Assembly: GCA_963803435.1 (NCBI GenBank)
Contig: CAWDML010000009.1
Span: 480,001-544,000, forward strand
Reading direction: 5' to 3'
DNA from: an uncultured delta proteobacterium
GTDB lineage: Bacteria > Myxococcota > Kuafuiibacteriia > Kuafuiibacteriales > Kuafuiibacteriaceae
DNA length: 64,000 bases
Shown: positions 38,048 to 48,822 of the stretch, one piece after another
How positions within the stretch are numbered: position 1 is the stretch's first letter
Layout of the letters: every line of letters begins with the position of its first letter
Notes under the pieces: generated by a model
The model's input: only the letters and a program-made list of their open reading frames with translations
Databases searched by the model: none
What the model was told of the DNA's origin: nothing
Program-made: the position numbers and the translations under genes

Positions 38048-39688
38048 GTGCGCCGCTTCATCCTGACGCCTGCCCTCCTCCTCTTCGCGTGCAGTCACCC
38101 GGCTTCGTCCGACGATGGCCGATCGCAGCCCGACCCCATGAAGGATGCGCCCACCTACTATCGAGACGTGCGACCGCTGCTGGCGGAGCGCTGCGGCGGC
38201 TGCCACCTCGAGGGGGGCATCGCACCCTTCGCGTTCGAAGAGTACGAAGTCACCAAGCCGCTCGCCTCGCTGATCGCGAACGCGGTCGAGACGCGACGCA
38301 TGCCGCCCTGGGGCGCGCAGGACACCGCCGAATGCACGCACGACCGTCCCTTCAAGGACGACCTGCGTCTGACCGATGCCGAGATCTCGATGATCACGGC
38401 GTGGGCCCAGGCCGGCGCGCCCGAGGGTGAGGCGCCGGCCGACGTCGAGGCCTTCTCGGGCAAGCTGTCCGCGCTGCCCCGGGTCGATCGAGAGCTCGCG
38501 CCCAAGGCCGGCTTCACCGCCCAGGGCGTGAACGATCAGTTCCGATGCTTCGTGCTCGATCCCCATTTCAACGAGACCACCTATCTCCAGGGCGTGCGCT
38601 TCGTCCCCGGCAACGACAAGGTCGTCCATCACGCGATCGTCTACGCCGATCCCGGCGCGGCCTCCGACGCCCTCGCGGACGAGAACGGACAGTACGACTG
38701 CTTCGGTGGTCCCGGCTTCTCCGACACCTTCCTGGTGGCTGCCTGGGCGCCGGGCGGCATCCCGTTCGTGTTTCCGGATCGAGCCGCGATGCCCCTCGCG
38801 ACGGGCACCAAGCTGGTCCTCCAGATCCACTATCACCCGATCGGCAACGAGCCCGAGGAGGACCTCACCCGCATCCAGCTGATGCACACCAACGTGCACC
38901 CCGAGTACCTGGCCGCCGCCTCCTTCATCGGCAACTTCCCCGAGGGGTTCAATCAGGACGAGGGTCTCCTCCCCGGACCGGACGACCCGAACGGCCAGGT
39001 GGCGTTCGTCATCCCGCCGGCCGTGAAGGCTCATACCGAGTCGATGCGCCTGCGCGTCCCGTTCCGCGTGGGGCAGCAGAGATTCAGGGGCGGCTTCATC
39101 CACGCGGTTGCGAGCCACATGCACTACGTCGGCACCGACATGAAGATCGAGTTGCGACGCGGGAGCGGACAGCCGGCCTGCTCGAGCGATGAAGTGGCGC
39201 CGATTCAGGCGTGCCTCCATTCGCACTGCCCCGACGCCGTCAGCGTCGCCGCGCTGCAGTGCGCCGCGGACTTCTGCCAGACCGAGGCCGACGCCCTCTC
39301 CACGTTCTGCGGGAGCTGCCTCCAGGATCAGGTGTTCACGGGCGTGGACGATGCGTTCCCCGGCTGCATCACGCCCGCGCCGATGCCGACCGATCTCTAT
39401 GGACCGATCGTCGAGCAGCCGAGCGAGGAGTGCCTGCTCCAGACTCCGGCGTGGGACTTCCAGTGGCAGCGGTTCTACGAGTACGACGTCGCGATCGAGG
39501 ACATGCCGTTCGTCCGCGCGGGCGACACCTTCGAGCTCCGATGCACCTACGACAACACGATGAACAACCCGTTCGTCCGAGAGGCCCTCCGGCAGCAGAA
39601 CCTGGCCGCGCCTCGAGAGGTCGTGCTCGGCGATACGACGCTGGACGAGATGTGCTTGCTCGCGCTGACCTATCTCTACAAGGAGTAG
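38048..39688 (+). CDS. copper type-II (PHM/DBH-like) monooxygenase lipoprotein with N-terminal CxxCH
   Basis: LFAC lipobox, CGGCH, MPPW, VHHA, IHYH, HMH, WDFQWQ, DEMC. Confidence 0.85.
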   Translation: MRRFILTPALLLFACSHPASSDDGRSQPDPMKDAPTYYRDVRPLLAERCGGCHLEGGIAPFAFEEYEVTKPLASLIANAVETRRMPPWGAQDTAECTHDRPFKDDLRLTDAEISMITAWAQAGAPEGEAPADVEAFSGKLSALPRVDRELAPKAGFTAQGVNDQFRCFVLDPHFNETTYLQGVRFVPGNDKVVHHAIVYADPGAASDALADENGQYDCFGGPGFSDTFLVAAWAPGGIPFVFPDRAAMPLATGTKLVLQIHYHPIGNEPEEDLTRIQLMHTNVHPEYLAAASFIGNFPEGFNQDEGLLPGPDDPNGQVAFVIPPAVKAHTESMRLRVPFRVGQQRFRGGFIHAVASHMHYVGTDMKIELRRGSGQPACSSDEVAPIQACLHSHCPDAVSVAALQCAADFCQTEADALSTFCGSCLQDQVFTGVDDAFPGCITPAPMPTDLYGPIVEQPSEECLLQTPAWDFQWQRFYEYDVAIEDMPFVRAGDTFELRCTYDNTMNNPFVREALRQQNLAAPREVVLGDTTLDEMCLLALTYLYKE

Positions 39689-40191
39689 CCGCGCTCGCGG
39701 TGCTCCTCGCCGCCTCCGGCTGTTCCGGCTCCGAGCCGGCGTGCACGCCGCGCGCCTCGACCCCGCTGGTCTCCGCCGACTCCTGGCAACTCACCCTCGC
39801 CGGCGAGGATCCGTTCACGGATCGACCGGCGCTCACCGACTGCGTGCCCGAAGCGGTGGTGGTCGAAGGCCAGGCCGTCGAGGTCTCCACCCGCGTGTGC
39901 AGCTACGCCACGCTGGTGCAGCCGCTCGAGACCGACGTGCACGCGTGCGAGACCTTCCGCGCGACCATCGCCCACTTCCCGCTCTTCGCCGCGGGGCCCG
40001 CCGACGCCCACCTCGCCCTCCGCATCGGCGACGAGACCGTGTGGGAGCGCGTCATCCCGATCCCTGCTGACGCCGCCGTGTACTCGATCGAGCACGCGGG
40101 CCCGATCCCCGCGGGGACGCCGCTGTACTTCCATCTCCACAACCACGGCGCCAACGACTACTACCTCGCCGACGTGCGCACCGGATCGTAG
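39652..40191 (+). CDS. lipoprotein, probable monooxygenase partner
   Basis: ASGC lipobox and FHLHNHG motif; overlaps the monooxygenase end. Start uncertain. Confidence 0.6.
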   Translation: MLARADLSLQGVAALAVLLAASGCSGSEPACTPRASTPLVSADSWQLTLAGEDPFTDRPALTDCVPEAVVVEGQAVEVSTRVCSYATLVQPLETDVHACETFRATIAHFPLFAAGPADAHLALRIGDETVWERVIPIPADAAVYSIEHAGPIPAGTPLYFHLHNHGANDYYLADVRTGS

Positions 40192-41084
40192 GCAATGGCG
40201 GCCTCCAGCGCCGCGATGTCGGGCTTCTTCATCTTCATCATCGCCACGAAGGCGCGGTCGCGCGCCGCGGCGTCGGGATTCGTCATCCACTCCCTGATCC
40301 CGACGGGGACGATCTGCCAGGAGAGGCCGAAGCGATCCTTGAGCCAGCCGCAGGGACCCTCTTCCCCGCCCTCCGACAGCGCCGACCAGAAGCGGTCGAC
40401 CTCGGCCTGGTCGTCGCACATGACCTGGAGCGAGACCCCCTCGTTGAACCGCGCCTCGTGCTCGAGGTGGCTGTCCATCGCGACCAGCCGCTGTTCGGCC
40501 AGCACGAAGCGACCGTGCTTGACGGTGCCCTCCGGGCCCTCGCCCGCCGCGTAACGCTCGAGGGCCTCGATCCGTCCGTCGGGGAAGATGCCGGCGTACG
40601 TCTTCATCGCCTCCTCGGCGCGCCCGTGCTGCGCTCCGACGAACATCAGGCATGGGGAGATGGCGGCGTCCTCCCGTCGCGGCGCGAGCATGACCTGCCA
40701 GGAGACGCCGAAGCGATCCTGGACCCAGCCGTAGCAGTCGCTCCAGGGATACGCGCCGATCGGCATCAGCACGCTCCCACCCTCCGCGAGCGAGGCGAAG
40801 ATCCGGTTCGCCTCCTCGAGCTGTGGGAGCTCGATGAAGAACGAGATCGTTGGGTTGATGGCGAACTGCGGTCCTCCGTTGAGCGCCGTGAACCGCTGAC
40901 CGGCGACCTCGAGCTCGACCGTCAAGACGCTGCCGCGCGGCTTCCGGGTCGGGTTGTCGAGCGACTCCGGGTAGTGCGACGTGGCCACCACCCGGCCCTT
41001 GGGGAGGACCTCGGTGTAGAAGCGAGCCGCGATCTCCGCCTGGTCGTCCATCCAGAGGCACGGCACGATGGGTCTGCTCTGCAT
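40161..41084 (-). CDS. VOC/PhnB-like (3-demethylubiquinone-9 3-methyltransferase family) tandem-domain protein
   Basis: PCLW, ALNGGP, two DRFG.SWQ motifs, CGWLKD. Confidence 0.9.
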   Translation of the reverse strand: MQSRPIVPCLWMDDQAEIAARFYTEVLPKGRVVATSHYPESLDNPTRKPRGSVLTVELEVAGQRFTALNGGPQFAINPTISFFIELPQLEEANRIFASLAEGGSVLMPIGAYPWSDCYGWVQDRFGVSWQVMLAPRREDAAISPCLMFVGAQHGRAEEAMKTYAGIFPDGRIEALERYAAGEGPEGTVKHGRFVLAEQRLVAMDSHLEHEARFNEGVSLQVMCDDQAEVDRFWSALSEGGEEGPCGWLKDRFGLSWQIVPVGIREWMTNPDAAARDRAFVAMMKMKKPDIAALEAAIAYDPVRTSAR

Positions 41085-41312
41085 AGCCGACGTCTAGCGT
41101 CGCCGCAGTGGCCGGACAAGCGCTCATCGTGCACGAGACGCACGCCGGTTGCGCGGCGCGGCGTCGCCCGCGTTGCCCGCCCCTGGTACGCTGGTACGCC
41201 GTTGGGACGGGCTCGCTCGAAGGTCGGTCGCTCCAACGAGCCGAACGCTCGATCGATCGGGGTCGCCGTCCGCTCTGGCCGTCAGGCTCGAGCTTGCATA
41301 GGATGGCGCGCA

Positions 41313-42135
41313 ATGAGTCTCGACGCGCGGCGCGCCGCCTTTCGTGACCTTCACCAGAGCGGATGCTTCGTGATCCCGAACCCGTGGGATCGCGGTTCCG
41401 CCGTCCACCTCGAGCAGCTCGGGTTCCGCGCGCTGGCCACCTCCAGCGCCGGCTTCGCCTTCTCTCGCGCGCGGCCGGACGCCGTCGACGCGCTGTCGCT
41501 CGAGATGGTGCTCGACCACGTGCGCGACATCGTCGAGTCCACCTCACTGCCGGTGAATGCCGACTACCAGAATGGCTATGCCGAGGATCTCTCTGCGCTC
41601 GAACAGAGCGTACGGCTCTGCGTGGAGACGGGCGTGGCCGGCCTCTCGATCGAAGACGCGACCGGCGCTGGCGATCGCCCGCTGTACGAGCTCTCCGACG
41701 CGATCGACCGGGTGAGGGCCGCGCGACGCGCGATCGACGACAGCGGTGAGGACGTGCTGCTGACCGCGCGCGCCGAGTGCTTCTTGGTGGGACACGCGGA
41801 TGCGCTCGCCGAGTCGATCCGGCGGCTCTCCGCGCTACGCAGCGGCCGGCGCCGACGTTCTCTATGCGCCGGGCGTGTACGATCGAGCGTCGATCCGCGC
41901 GATCGTGGAGGCGGTGGCGCCGAAGCCGATCAACGTCCTGATCGGCGCGGCCACCGACCTCAGCGTCTCGGACCTCGCCGCGCTCGGCGTCCGCCGGGTG
42001 AGCGTCGGCTCGGCGCTCGCCCGGGTGGCCTGGTCCGCGTTCAGCACGGCGGCGAAGGGCATCGCCGGCGGCGACTTCTCCGGATTCGATGGGATCCTCA
42101 CCACCAGCGCGATCAGCGGTTGGTTCCGGCGCTGA
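41313..42135 (+). CDS. isocitrate lyase/PEP mutase family protein, frameshift near 41830
   Basis: PNPWD, ATSSAG, LPVNAD, SIED, AGADVLYAPG, RRVSVGS. Confidence 0.88.
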
Positions 42136-42393
42136 CGGCACCGATACCCGCTTCCCACTCTGTGTCTCGTCAGGTCAGGACGCGCGGCGCCCTCCGCACG
42201 AAAACAGGTCATGGCGCTCTCGCTCACGCTTCAACGGGTGGAGCGCTCGCGGCGGCTCCCCGCCGCCGCCTCGACCTCGGACCCGCCGGCGCCGCTCGCG
42301 TTCCCGCTGCTCCGCTCCTCCGCGGTCGTCGGGAGGATCGGGCGCTGGGTGCCGGCCGCGGCCGCCGCGCTCTGCCGCTGGGCGCAGCCGGGC

Positions 42394-43113
42394 GTGCGCG
42401 GATGCCTGCTATCGGCCACCCTGGTGGTGAGCCCCGGCGTCGCGCTGGCGGATCTCGCGTGCGCGCCGCTTCCTCAGGAGATCGCGTTCCGCGCCCCGCT
42501 CCCCATCACCGAGGCGTCGGTTTCGAAGGACCACGAGCTGAAGATCGTCGCCATCGGATCCTCCTCGACGGAGGGGATCGGCGATCCGACGGGGAAGGGC
42601 TATCCGGGACGGCTCGAGGAGCAGCTGGCGGCCCGTCACCCGGGCGTCCGCGTCGAGGTGATCAACGAAGGGATCGGCGGCCAGATCCTGAGCCAGCTGC
42701 TGGCGCGGTTCGACGCGGACGTCCTGCAACAGCGACCGGATCTGGTCATCGTGCAGACCGGGCCGAACGACCCCTGGCAGGGCGTGCCCGTCGAGGTCTT
42801 CGAAGACGAGCTGCGGCAGGCGGTCCTGCGCGCTCGCGAGGCCGGGATGGACATCGTCCTCCTGACGCCGCAGCCCTTCAAGGGACAGGGCCGATTCCCG
42901 AACTATACCGACTACGTCGACGCCTCCGCGAAGATCGGGGAGGAGCTCGGCGTGCCGGTCTTCGATCGCTATCGACTGATGAAGCTCTGGATGCGCGAAG
43001 GGGCCGACTTCGAGAGCATGCTGGTGGGCGACGGCCTCCACATGAATGCCGCCGCCTACGCCTGTCTCGCCGATACGCTCGCGAACGCGATCGATCGATC
43101 GATCTCGCACTGA
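42394..43113 (+). CDS. SGNH/GDSL hydrolase
   Basis: GSSSTEG, NEGIGG, GPND, DGLH. Start uncertain. Confidence 0.85.
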   Translation: MRGCLLSATLVVSPGVALADLACAPLPQEIAFRAPLPITEASVSKDHELKIVAIGSSSTEGIGDPTGKGYPGRLEEQLAARHPGVRVEVINEGIGGQILSQLLARFDADVLQQRPDLVIVQTGPNDPWQGVPVEVFEDELRQAVLRAREAGMDIVLLTPQPFKGQGRFPNYTDYVDASAKIGEELGVPVFDRYRLMKLWMREGADFESMLVGDGLHMNAAAYACLADTLANAIDRSISH

Positions 43114-43536
43114 TCACGCCTTCCGCTGGTCTATCTCCTTGCGAAGTCGCTCCTCTTGCGCGCGTAGCTCCGGCGTGAACTCCTGGCCGAAGTCCTCGGC
43201 CTCGAACAGGGGCCGGATCTCGACCTCCTCACCTCCGTCGAACGGAGCGCGGCGCAGCCATTCGACCGCCTCCTCGATCGAGCCCACCTGCCACAGCCAG
43301 AATCCGGCGATCAGCTCCTTCGCCTCGGTGAACGGCCCGTCGATCACGGTCCTGCGCTCGCCGTCGAACCGCACGCGCTTCCCCTTCGAGGTCGGCGTCA
43401 ACCCTTCCCCCGCAAGCATCACGCCCGCCTTCACCAGCTCCTCATTGAAGCGCCCCATCTTCGTCAGCATCTCCTCGGTCGGCATCTGTCCCCGCTCGGA
43501 CTCAGCGTTGGCCTTCACCATCACCATCACTCGCAT
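43114..43536 (-). CDS. YciI/DGPF-family protein
   Basis: DGPFTEAKELIAGFW. Confidence 0.92.
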   Translation of the reverse strand: MRVMVMVKANAESERGQMPTEEMLTKMGRFNEELVKAGVMLAGEGLTPTSKGKRVRFDGERRTVIDGPFTEAKELIAGFWLWQVGSIEEAVEWLRRAPFDGGEEVEIRPLFEAEDFGQEFTPELRAQEERLRKEIDQRKA

Positions 43537-43805
43537 CGTTCGTTCCTTTCTGCGGACATCGCCCGCCTACAACCGTGCATCGAACGAGCCCACCGCCGAT
43601 CGACAGGGGACTTCACTTTTTTACCCGGCAGGGGATCCGAGCCGTTCGGGGGCCGTCCCGCGCGTCGACGAAGGCCGCAGGTTCAACCGGCGGCCCACCC
43701 GCTCGGGCTCGCGGGCGCGCGGGCTCTCGTAGGGGTGAAGCTCGTCCCTCCGTCGCGGGGGAGTAGGGCGGTGACCGTGCTCCGCGACTTCGCTATAGGC
43801 GAGGC

Positions 43806-45020
43806 TTGCGCGTCCTGAGAGTCCTGCGGCGCCCGCACCTGGCGATCCTGTGGGCGGGCCAGGTCCTGTCGGCGATCGGGGACGTCTTCTACTCCATCGC
43901 GATCGTGTGGATCGCAGTTCAAGCCGTCGGGAGCTCCGCCGGCGTCGTCGCCGCCACGCAGTCGGGCGCCACCCTCCTCGCCGCACCGCTCGGCGGTATC
44001 CTCGCCGATCGACTCGACCGCCGCCGGGCGATGATCGGCGTCGACCTCGCGAGGGCGCTGATCGTGGTCACGCTCCCGATCGCGGCCTGGCTCGCCAGGA
44101 TCACGCTCCCGCACCTCATCGCCGTCGCCGTCGGGCTCGGCGTTCTGACCGCGCTGTTCACGCCCGCATTGCAAGCCAGCTTGCCCGCGCTCGCCTCGAA
44201 CCCCGATGAGCTGCAGGCGACCAACGGTCTGATGGACGCCACCCTGCGTCTCGCGCGCGCCGTCGGACCGAGCATCACCGGCGTGCTGGCGGCCCAGATC
44301 TCGGTGCCGAACTTCTTCACCATCGATGCGCTGAGCTTCGGCGCCTCCGCCCTCGCGATCGCCGCGCTGGGACGGCGCTTCGATTGGAAGCCCGCTGGCG
44401 AGCACAGCCGCTCCGGCCTGATCCGGGAGGTCGCCGGCGCGGTGCAGCTGATCCGGGGTCACCGCCCGCTCGCCTGGGCGTTCGCCGGATTGATCGTCGC
44501 CAACACCGCCTGGTTCGCGGCCTTCATCGTAGGGGGCGCGCTGTTCGCGTCGGATGTGCTCCGCGGCGACGTGGGCACCTACGGAGCCCTGGTCAGCGCC
44601 TATGGTGTCGGGAACATCGCCAGCAACCTGGTCTTCGGGAGCCTCTCGCTCCGGCGGGTCACACCGTTCCTGTTCCTGGGGCACGCCGTCGTCGGGTTTG
44701 GGTTCGTCCTGCTCTCACTGGCGCCGACGCTCCCCCTCGCCCTGGGCGCGGCCGCGCTCGCCGCGATCGGAGGACCGATCGGAGACCTCGCGTTGCTCTC
44801 CGTGATCCAGAACGAGCTCCCGCGCGCCCAGCTGGGCAAGGTGTTCAGCCTTCGTATGTGCGTCGAATACGGCGGATCCTCCGCGGGCCTCCTGATCGCC
44901 GCGCCGCTCTTCGCCCTTCTTCCGGTGCGGCTCGGGATTGCCGCGTGCGCCACGGCCATCTTGTCGTTCGGCCTGCTCGGTCTCGTCCGCTTCTGGCGCG
45001 AGCCGAGGCCCCCGGGCTGA
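43806..45020 (+). CDS. MFS transporter (DHA3-like)
   Basis: GGILADRLDRRR motif A; about 12 TM helices. Confidence 0.88.
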   Translation: MRVLRVLRRPHLAILWAGQVLSAIGDVFYSIAIVWIAVQAVGSSAGVVAATQSGATLLAAPLGGILADRLDRRRAMIGVDLARALIVVTLPIAAWLARITLPHLIAVAVGLGVLTALFTPALQASLPALASNPDELQATNGLMDATLRLARAVGPSITGVLAAQISVPNFFTIDALSFGASALAIAALGRRFDWKPAGEHSRSGLIREVAGAVQLIRGHRPLAWAFAGLIVANTAWFAAFIVGGALFASDVLRGDVGTYGALVSAYGVGNIASNLVFGSLSLRRVTPFLFLGHAVVGFGFVLLSLAPTLPLALGAAALAAIGGPIGDLALLSVIQNELPRAQLGKVFSLRMCVEYGGSSAGLLIAAPLFALLPVRLGIAACATAILSFGLLGLVRFWREPRPPG

Positions 45021-45050
45021 GCGACCTTTGGGTCGGGCCGAGTTCGGTGC

Positions 45051-46061
45051 ATGATCGCCGGGATGGTGTCTCGCATTTCATCGCTGGTGTGGGCGAGCGC
45101 GCTCCTCTTCGCGGCCGGCTGCAAGAGCTCGGGCTCCGATGCCGATGACGGCTTGGACATGGGAAGCGGCATGCGCGACGAAGGCAGCGTCGACACCGGA
45201 GGAGGGCAGGTCGGCGACGCCCAGCCGAAGCCCGAAGCCGGCGCGAGCGAGGATGCGGGCTCTGTCGCCGATGCGGCGCCGATCACGGATTCGGGCGCCG
45301 AGGAGGACTCCGGCGTGATCGCGACGCACGGATGCGCCGGCACCCACTACAAGCTCTGCGAAGACTTCGAGAGTGCAGGGAGCGATGGAATGCCGTCGGG
45401 CTGGACGCGCGTCTTTCCGTACTGGCCAGACCCGAGCTCGGCCAACGCAGCCGAGGTCTTCGTCTCGAACGATTGACCGCATTGGGGCTCGGCCTCACTC
45501 GAGAGCACGTCCGACGTCTGCGCCCAGACCCGCGCCGAGCACGATCTGGCCGCGCTGGGCGAGACCGCCAACCATCACTGGGGCCGAGCCTTCTTCGCCG
45601 TGAACACGCCCGCACCCGAGAGCGACCGCAACGGGACCGGCTGGTACCACACGACGATGGTCGCGCTCCGCGGTGACAACAGCGGCGGCGGTGACGCCAA
45701 TGAATGCCGCGTCGTCGACATGGTGGAGAACGCGTTCGACCAGTCCGCGTCGTTCCTCTACAACGTCCCCGACGATAGCTGCTGCGATTCGACCGAGGTC
45801 ACTCCCTACACCTTCCAGTACGAGAACGTCTGGCACTGCGCCGAGTGGTATGTCGATGCCGCCTCGAACACCTACCGCTTCTTCCTCGACGGCACCGAGC
45901 TGCTGAGCTTCTCCGGTCTCACCGGGTCGAACCTCTCCTCCTGCGATCAATCCCTGTCGGTGGGCGCTCTGTGTTACGCCCCTCCGCTCAATGCGCCCCA
46001 GAACCTCACGACGTGGATCGATGACGTGGCGATCGACGACAACCGCATCGGCTGCGACTAG
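45051..46061 (+). CDS. secreted lipoprotein with Cip1/beta-jelly-roll-like domain, in-frame TGA at 45474-45476
   Basis: AAGC lipobox, CEDFES, HWGRAFF, WHCAEW, WIDDVAID..RIGC; the two listed ORFs share one frame. Confidence 0.65.
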
Positions 46062-46146
46062 CGGCTGATCGCGGCGCAACGAGTCCTGCCTCCATTGACG
46101 GCGAACGATTTCGAGCGCATTCGTCGAGAGGCAGGAGAGAAAGGCG

Positions 46147-47418
46147 ATGGAAGGACTTCCGCCAGTCATCACGTGGCCTCCACTTCAGACCTTGATGCGC
46201 CTCATGCTCGCGCTGGCGGTGGGGTTGTTCGTCGGCCTCGAGCGTGAATGGCGCGGCAAGGAAGCGGGTCTGCGCACGTTCGGCTTCGTGGCGCTACTGG
46301 GCGCGATCGGCGGGCTGCTGGGCTTGCCCTTCGCCCTGATGAGCATCGCCATGTCGAGCGTCCTCCTCCTCTTTCTCAACTGGCCGGCGATCCGGAAAGG
46401 GGAGGGCGCCGAGCTGACGACGTCGGCGGCGCTCCTGACGATCTGCTTCACCGGCGTGCTCTGCGGTCGGGGGCATACGGTCACGCCCGCCGCGATCGCG
46501 GTCGTGAGCGCGGGGCTGCTGGCCTGGAAGGAGCGAATGGCCGGCTTCAGCCACAAGCTCACGGCGGAGGAGCTGCGCTCGGCGATCCTGCTCGCGATTC
46601 TCGCTTTTGCGATCTACCCGATCCTTCCGGATCGTTCCGTGGATCCGTGGGGCCTGATCGTTCCGCGGGCAGCGTGGGTGACCGTCATCCTGGTCGCCGG
46701 CGTCGGATTCGCGAACTACGTCTTGTGGAAGATGTTCGGGACCCGTGGCATCGAGATCACCGGCTTTCTCGGCGGTCTGGTCAACAGCACCGTCACCGTA
46801 ACCGAGCTCTCCCACCGCGCCGCCGACTCCGATCCGAAGATGTCCGAGGCCGCGTATCGCGGCGTGTTGCTATCCACCGCCGCGATGGCGATTCGCAACG
46901 GTGTGCTCCTCGGCATGCTCTCGTTCCCCGCGCTCGTGGGATCGGCGATTCCGCTCGCGCTCATCCTGCTGTCGAGCATCGGCCTGGCTCTGGTCGGGCG
47001 AACCGTCGTGACGTTGGACGAGCCCGAGGGACCCGAGCTCCCCCTGAAGTCGCCGTTCTCCTTCCCCTCGGCGCTCAAGTTCGGAGTGATCTTCGTCGGC
47101 CTTCAAGTGCTGGGCACCGTGGGTCAACGGTTCATCGGTCGATTCGGCTTCTATGCGGTCAGCGCGATCGGCGGGCTCATCTCGAGCGCCTCCTCGGTGG
47201 CATCGGCCGCTTCTCTCGCCGCGCACGGAACGATCACGCCGAGCGTAGCGGGTGTGGGCGCGATCCTGGCGTCCCTCGCGAGTGCCGCGGTCAACGTGGT
47301 GCTGGTGGCGCGGGTCTCTCGCCATCGTGGGCTGACGCTGAGAGTCAGCAAAGCGATGGTGTTGGTGCTGGTGATGGGCATCGTGGGCTCCATCTTCGAG
47401 ACCAACCTCGTTCCTTGA
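46147..47418 (+). CDS. MgtC/SapB-DUF4010 membrane protein
   Basis: GLERE, AGLRTF, LTTSAA and GGLVNST motifs. Confidence 0.88.
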   Translation: MEGLPPVITWPPLQTLMRLMLALAVGLFVGLEREWRGKEAGLRTFGFVALLGAIGGLLGLPFALMSIAMSSVLLLFLNWPAIRKGEGAELTTSAALLTICFTGVLCGRGHTVTPAAIAVVSAGLLAWKERMAGFSHKLTAEELRSAILLAILAFAIYPILPDRSVDPWGLIVPRAAWVTVILVAGVGFANYVLWKMFGTRGIEITGFLGGLVNSTVTVTELSHRAADSDPKMSEAAYRGVLLSTAAMAIRNGVLLGMLSFPALVGSAIPLALILLSSIGLALVGRTVVTLDEPEGPELPLKSPFSFPSALKFGVIFVGLQVLGTVGQRFIGRFGFYAVSAIGGLISSASSVASAASLAAHGTITPSVAGVGAILASLASAAVNVVLVARVSRHRGLTLRVSKAMVLVLVMGIVGSIFETNLVP

Positions 47419-47470
47419 TGAACGAGCCCGAGCCACGATCGCTCACGGGTGCTGCGGACTCTTCAGCGGC

Positions 47471-48088
47471 CTAGAAGCGCATCGAGAGCGCGAGGCTGGG
47501 TGCGCCTCCGCGAACGACCTTCTGCTGCTCCTCCCGCCACTCTCGATAGCGGTGGTTGCGGACGCCCCCCACGATCGTCATCGGAATGCCGGCAGCGAGC
47601 AGACAACCGGACGCGACGACGAGGGGCCACAGAGGCCCGGCCTCCTCGCCATCGTTCGCAAAAAAGATCGAGAGCAGCGAGCCCGTGACGACACCGATGC
47701 CCGTCATGATCGCGCCGGGGATGAGGAGACCGAGCCCGTTGCTCGGCCGGTCCAGATAGCCTCGCTGCTGGAGCCGAGGAAGGGCCCAACGCACCGGGAT
47801 CGGACGCATCATCGGGTGCGTCGATGCGACACCGTCGCGCTCGATGACGACCGGGAACATTTGTCCGTACGGCGTGCGCGACAGGACCAACGCCAGCGCG
47901 CCCTCCGAGTCGATCGTCTCCCCGTTGATCGACACGATGCGGTCGCCGGGCTTCACGTACGGGGCGGCCGGAGATCCCGAGGCGACCGCAGTGATGACGA
48001 CGCCGGCGTCCGTCGTTTCGGTCGCGATGCCGAGCTCCGGATGCGAGGCCGCCGAAAGGATCGTGATCAAGATGGTCGTGGTCAGCAT
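47471..48088 (-). CDS. PDZ-domain membrane protein
   Basis: LGI...GVVITAVASGSPAA..KPGDRIVSING; GGAGG RBS before ATG 48088. Confidence 0.75.
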   Translation of the reverse strand: MLTTTILITILSAASHPELGIATETTDAGVVITAVASGSPAAPYVKPGDRIVSINGETIDSEGALALVLSRTPYGQMFPVVIERDGVASTHPMMRPIPVRWALPRLQQRGYLDRPSNGLGLLIPGAIMTGIGVVTGSLLSIFFANDGEEAGPLWPLVVASGCLLAAGIPMTIVGGVRNHRYREWREEQQKVVRGGAPSLALSMRF

Positions 48089-48111
48089 TGTTTCCTCCGC
48101 GCGACCATGGA

Positions 48112-48203
48112 TGCAGCCCGCGTGCCCGCCGGCGCGGGACGCAGTTGGATTCCATTCGTCCGGGTCGTCCGGCGTCCGTACGATTTGTCCGGACTCGTCC
48201 GGG
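48112..48203 (-). promoter_or_regulatory. sigma54-type box with upstream GTCCGG repeat block
   Basis: Minus strand GGGCACG-CGGG-CTGCA at 48112-48127; repeats at 48152-48203. Confidence 0.55.
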
Positions 48204-48236
48204 AGCTTCAGCGCCTGCCGCGGACGTGGCGGCGCG

Positions 48237-48680
48237 TCATTGCAGTCCGTCCCACGACCATCGTGGACTGACGAGGCCCACGGGGACGTCGTCCTTGGAC
48301 GCGTGGTAGCGCGACATCGTGGTGGTGGTGGCCCAGGCGAAGTAGTCGTGCAGCACCGTCCGGAGGGGTTCGGCGGTGAGCCCCACGTCCTCGAGGGCCT
48401 GGTCGAAGCATGCGATCGCCCGGCGGTCCATCTCCTCGTGGGGGCCGTTGCCGCTGTGCGTCCGGACGACCGACGTCTCGTCTCCATGGCGATCGGAGTA
48501 GGTCGTGGGCCCGCCCAGCGCCTCGGCCCAGTAGGCCGCGAGTCGCTCGGTGTGCTGAGGATGGAATCCGTGGCTGAACGCGTGGCTGACGATCTCGTCG
48601 GCCATCACCCGATCGTGCCAGGCCGCGGCCAGGCGAAGCAGACCCTCGCTGCCGCCGGCAGCCTCATACACGCTCTCCAT
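48237..48680 (-). CDS. group II truncated haemoglobin-like protein
   Basis: YEAAGG, HTERLA.YWAEALGGP..YS motif. Confidence 0.8.
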   Translation of the reverse strand: MESVYEAAGGSEGLLRLAAAWHDRVMADEIVSHAFSHGFHPQHTERLAAYWAEALGGPTTYSDRHGDETSVVRTHSGNGPHEEMDRRAIACFDQALEDVGLTAEPLRTVLHDYFAWATTTTMSRYHASKDDVPVGLVSPRWSWDGLQ

Positions 48681-48822
48681 GATCGAAGGACGCACCCGGC
48701 TGTTTGAAGTGTCAACAACGGAGGGCTGTGGTCGCCCGTCGATGAGGGTGACGTCAGCCGGACAGAATCCTGTAGGGTGTGGACCCAACGCTGCGGCGAA
48801 TCGATGAAACTGGAGGGCAGTC

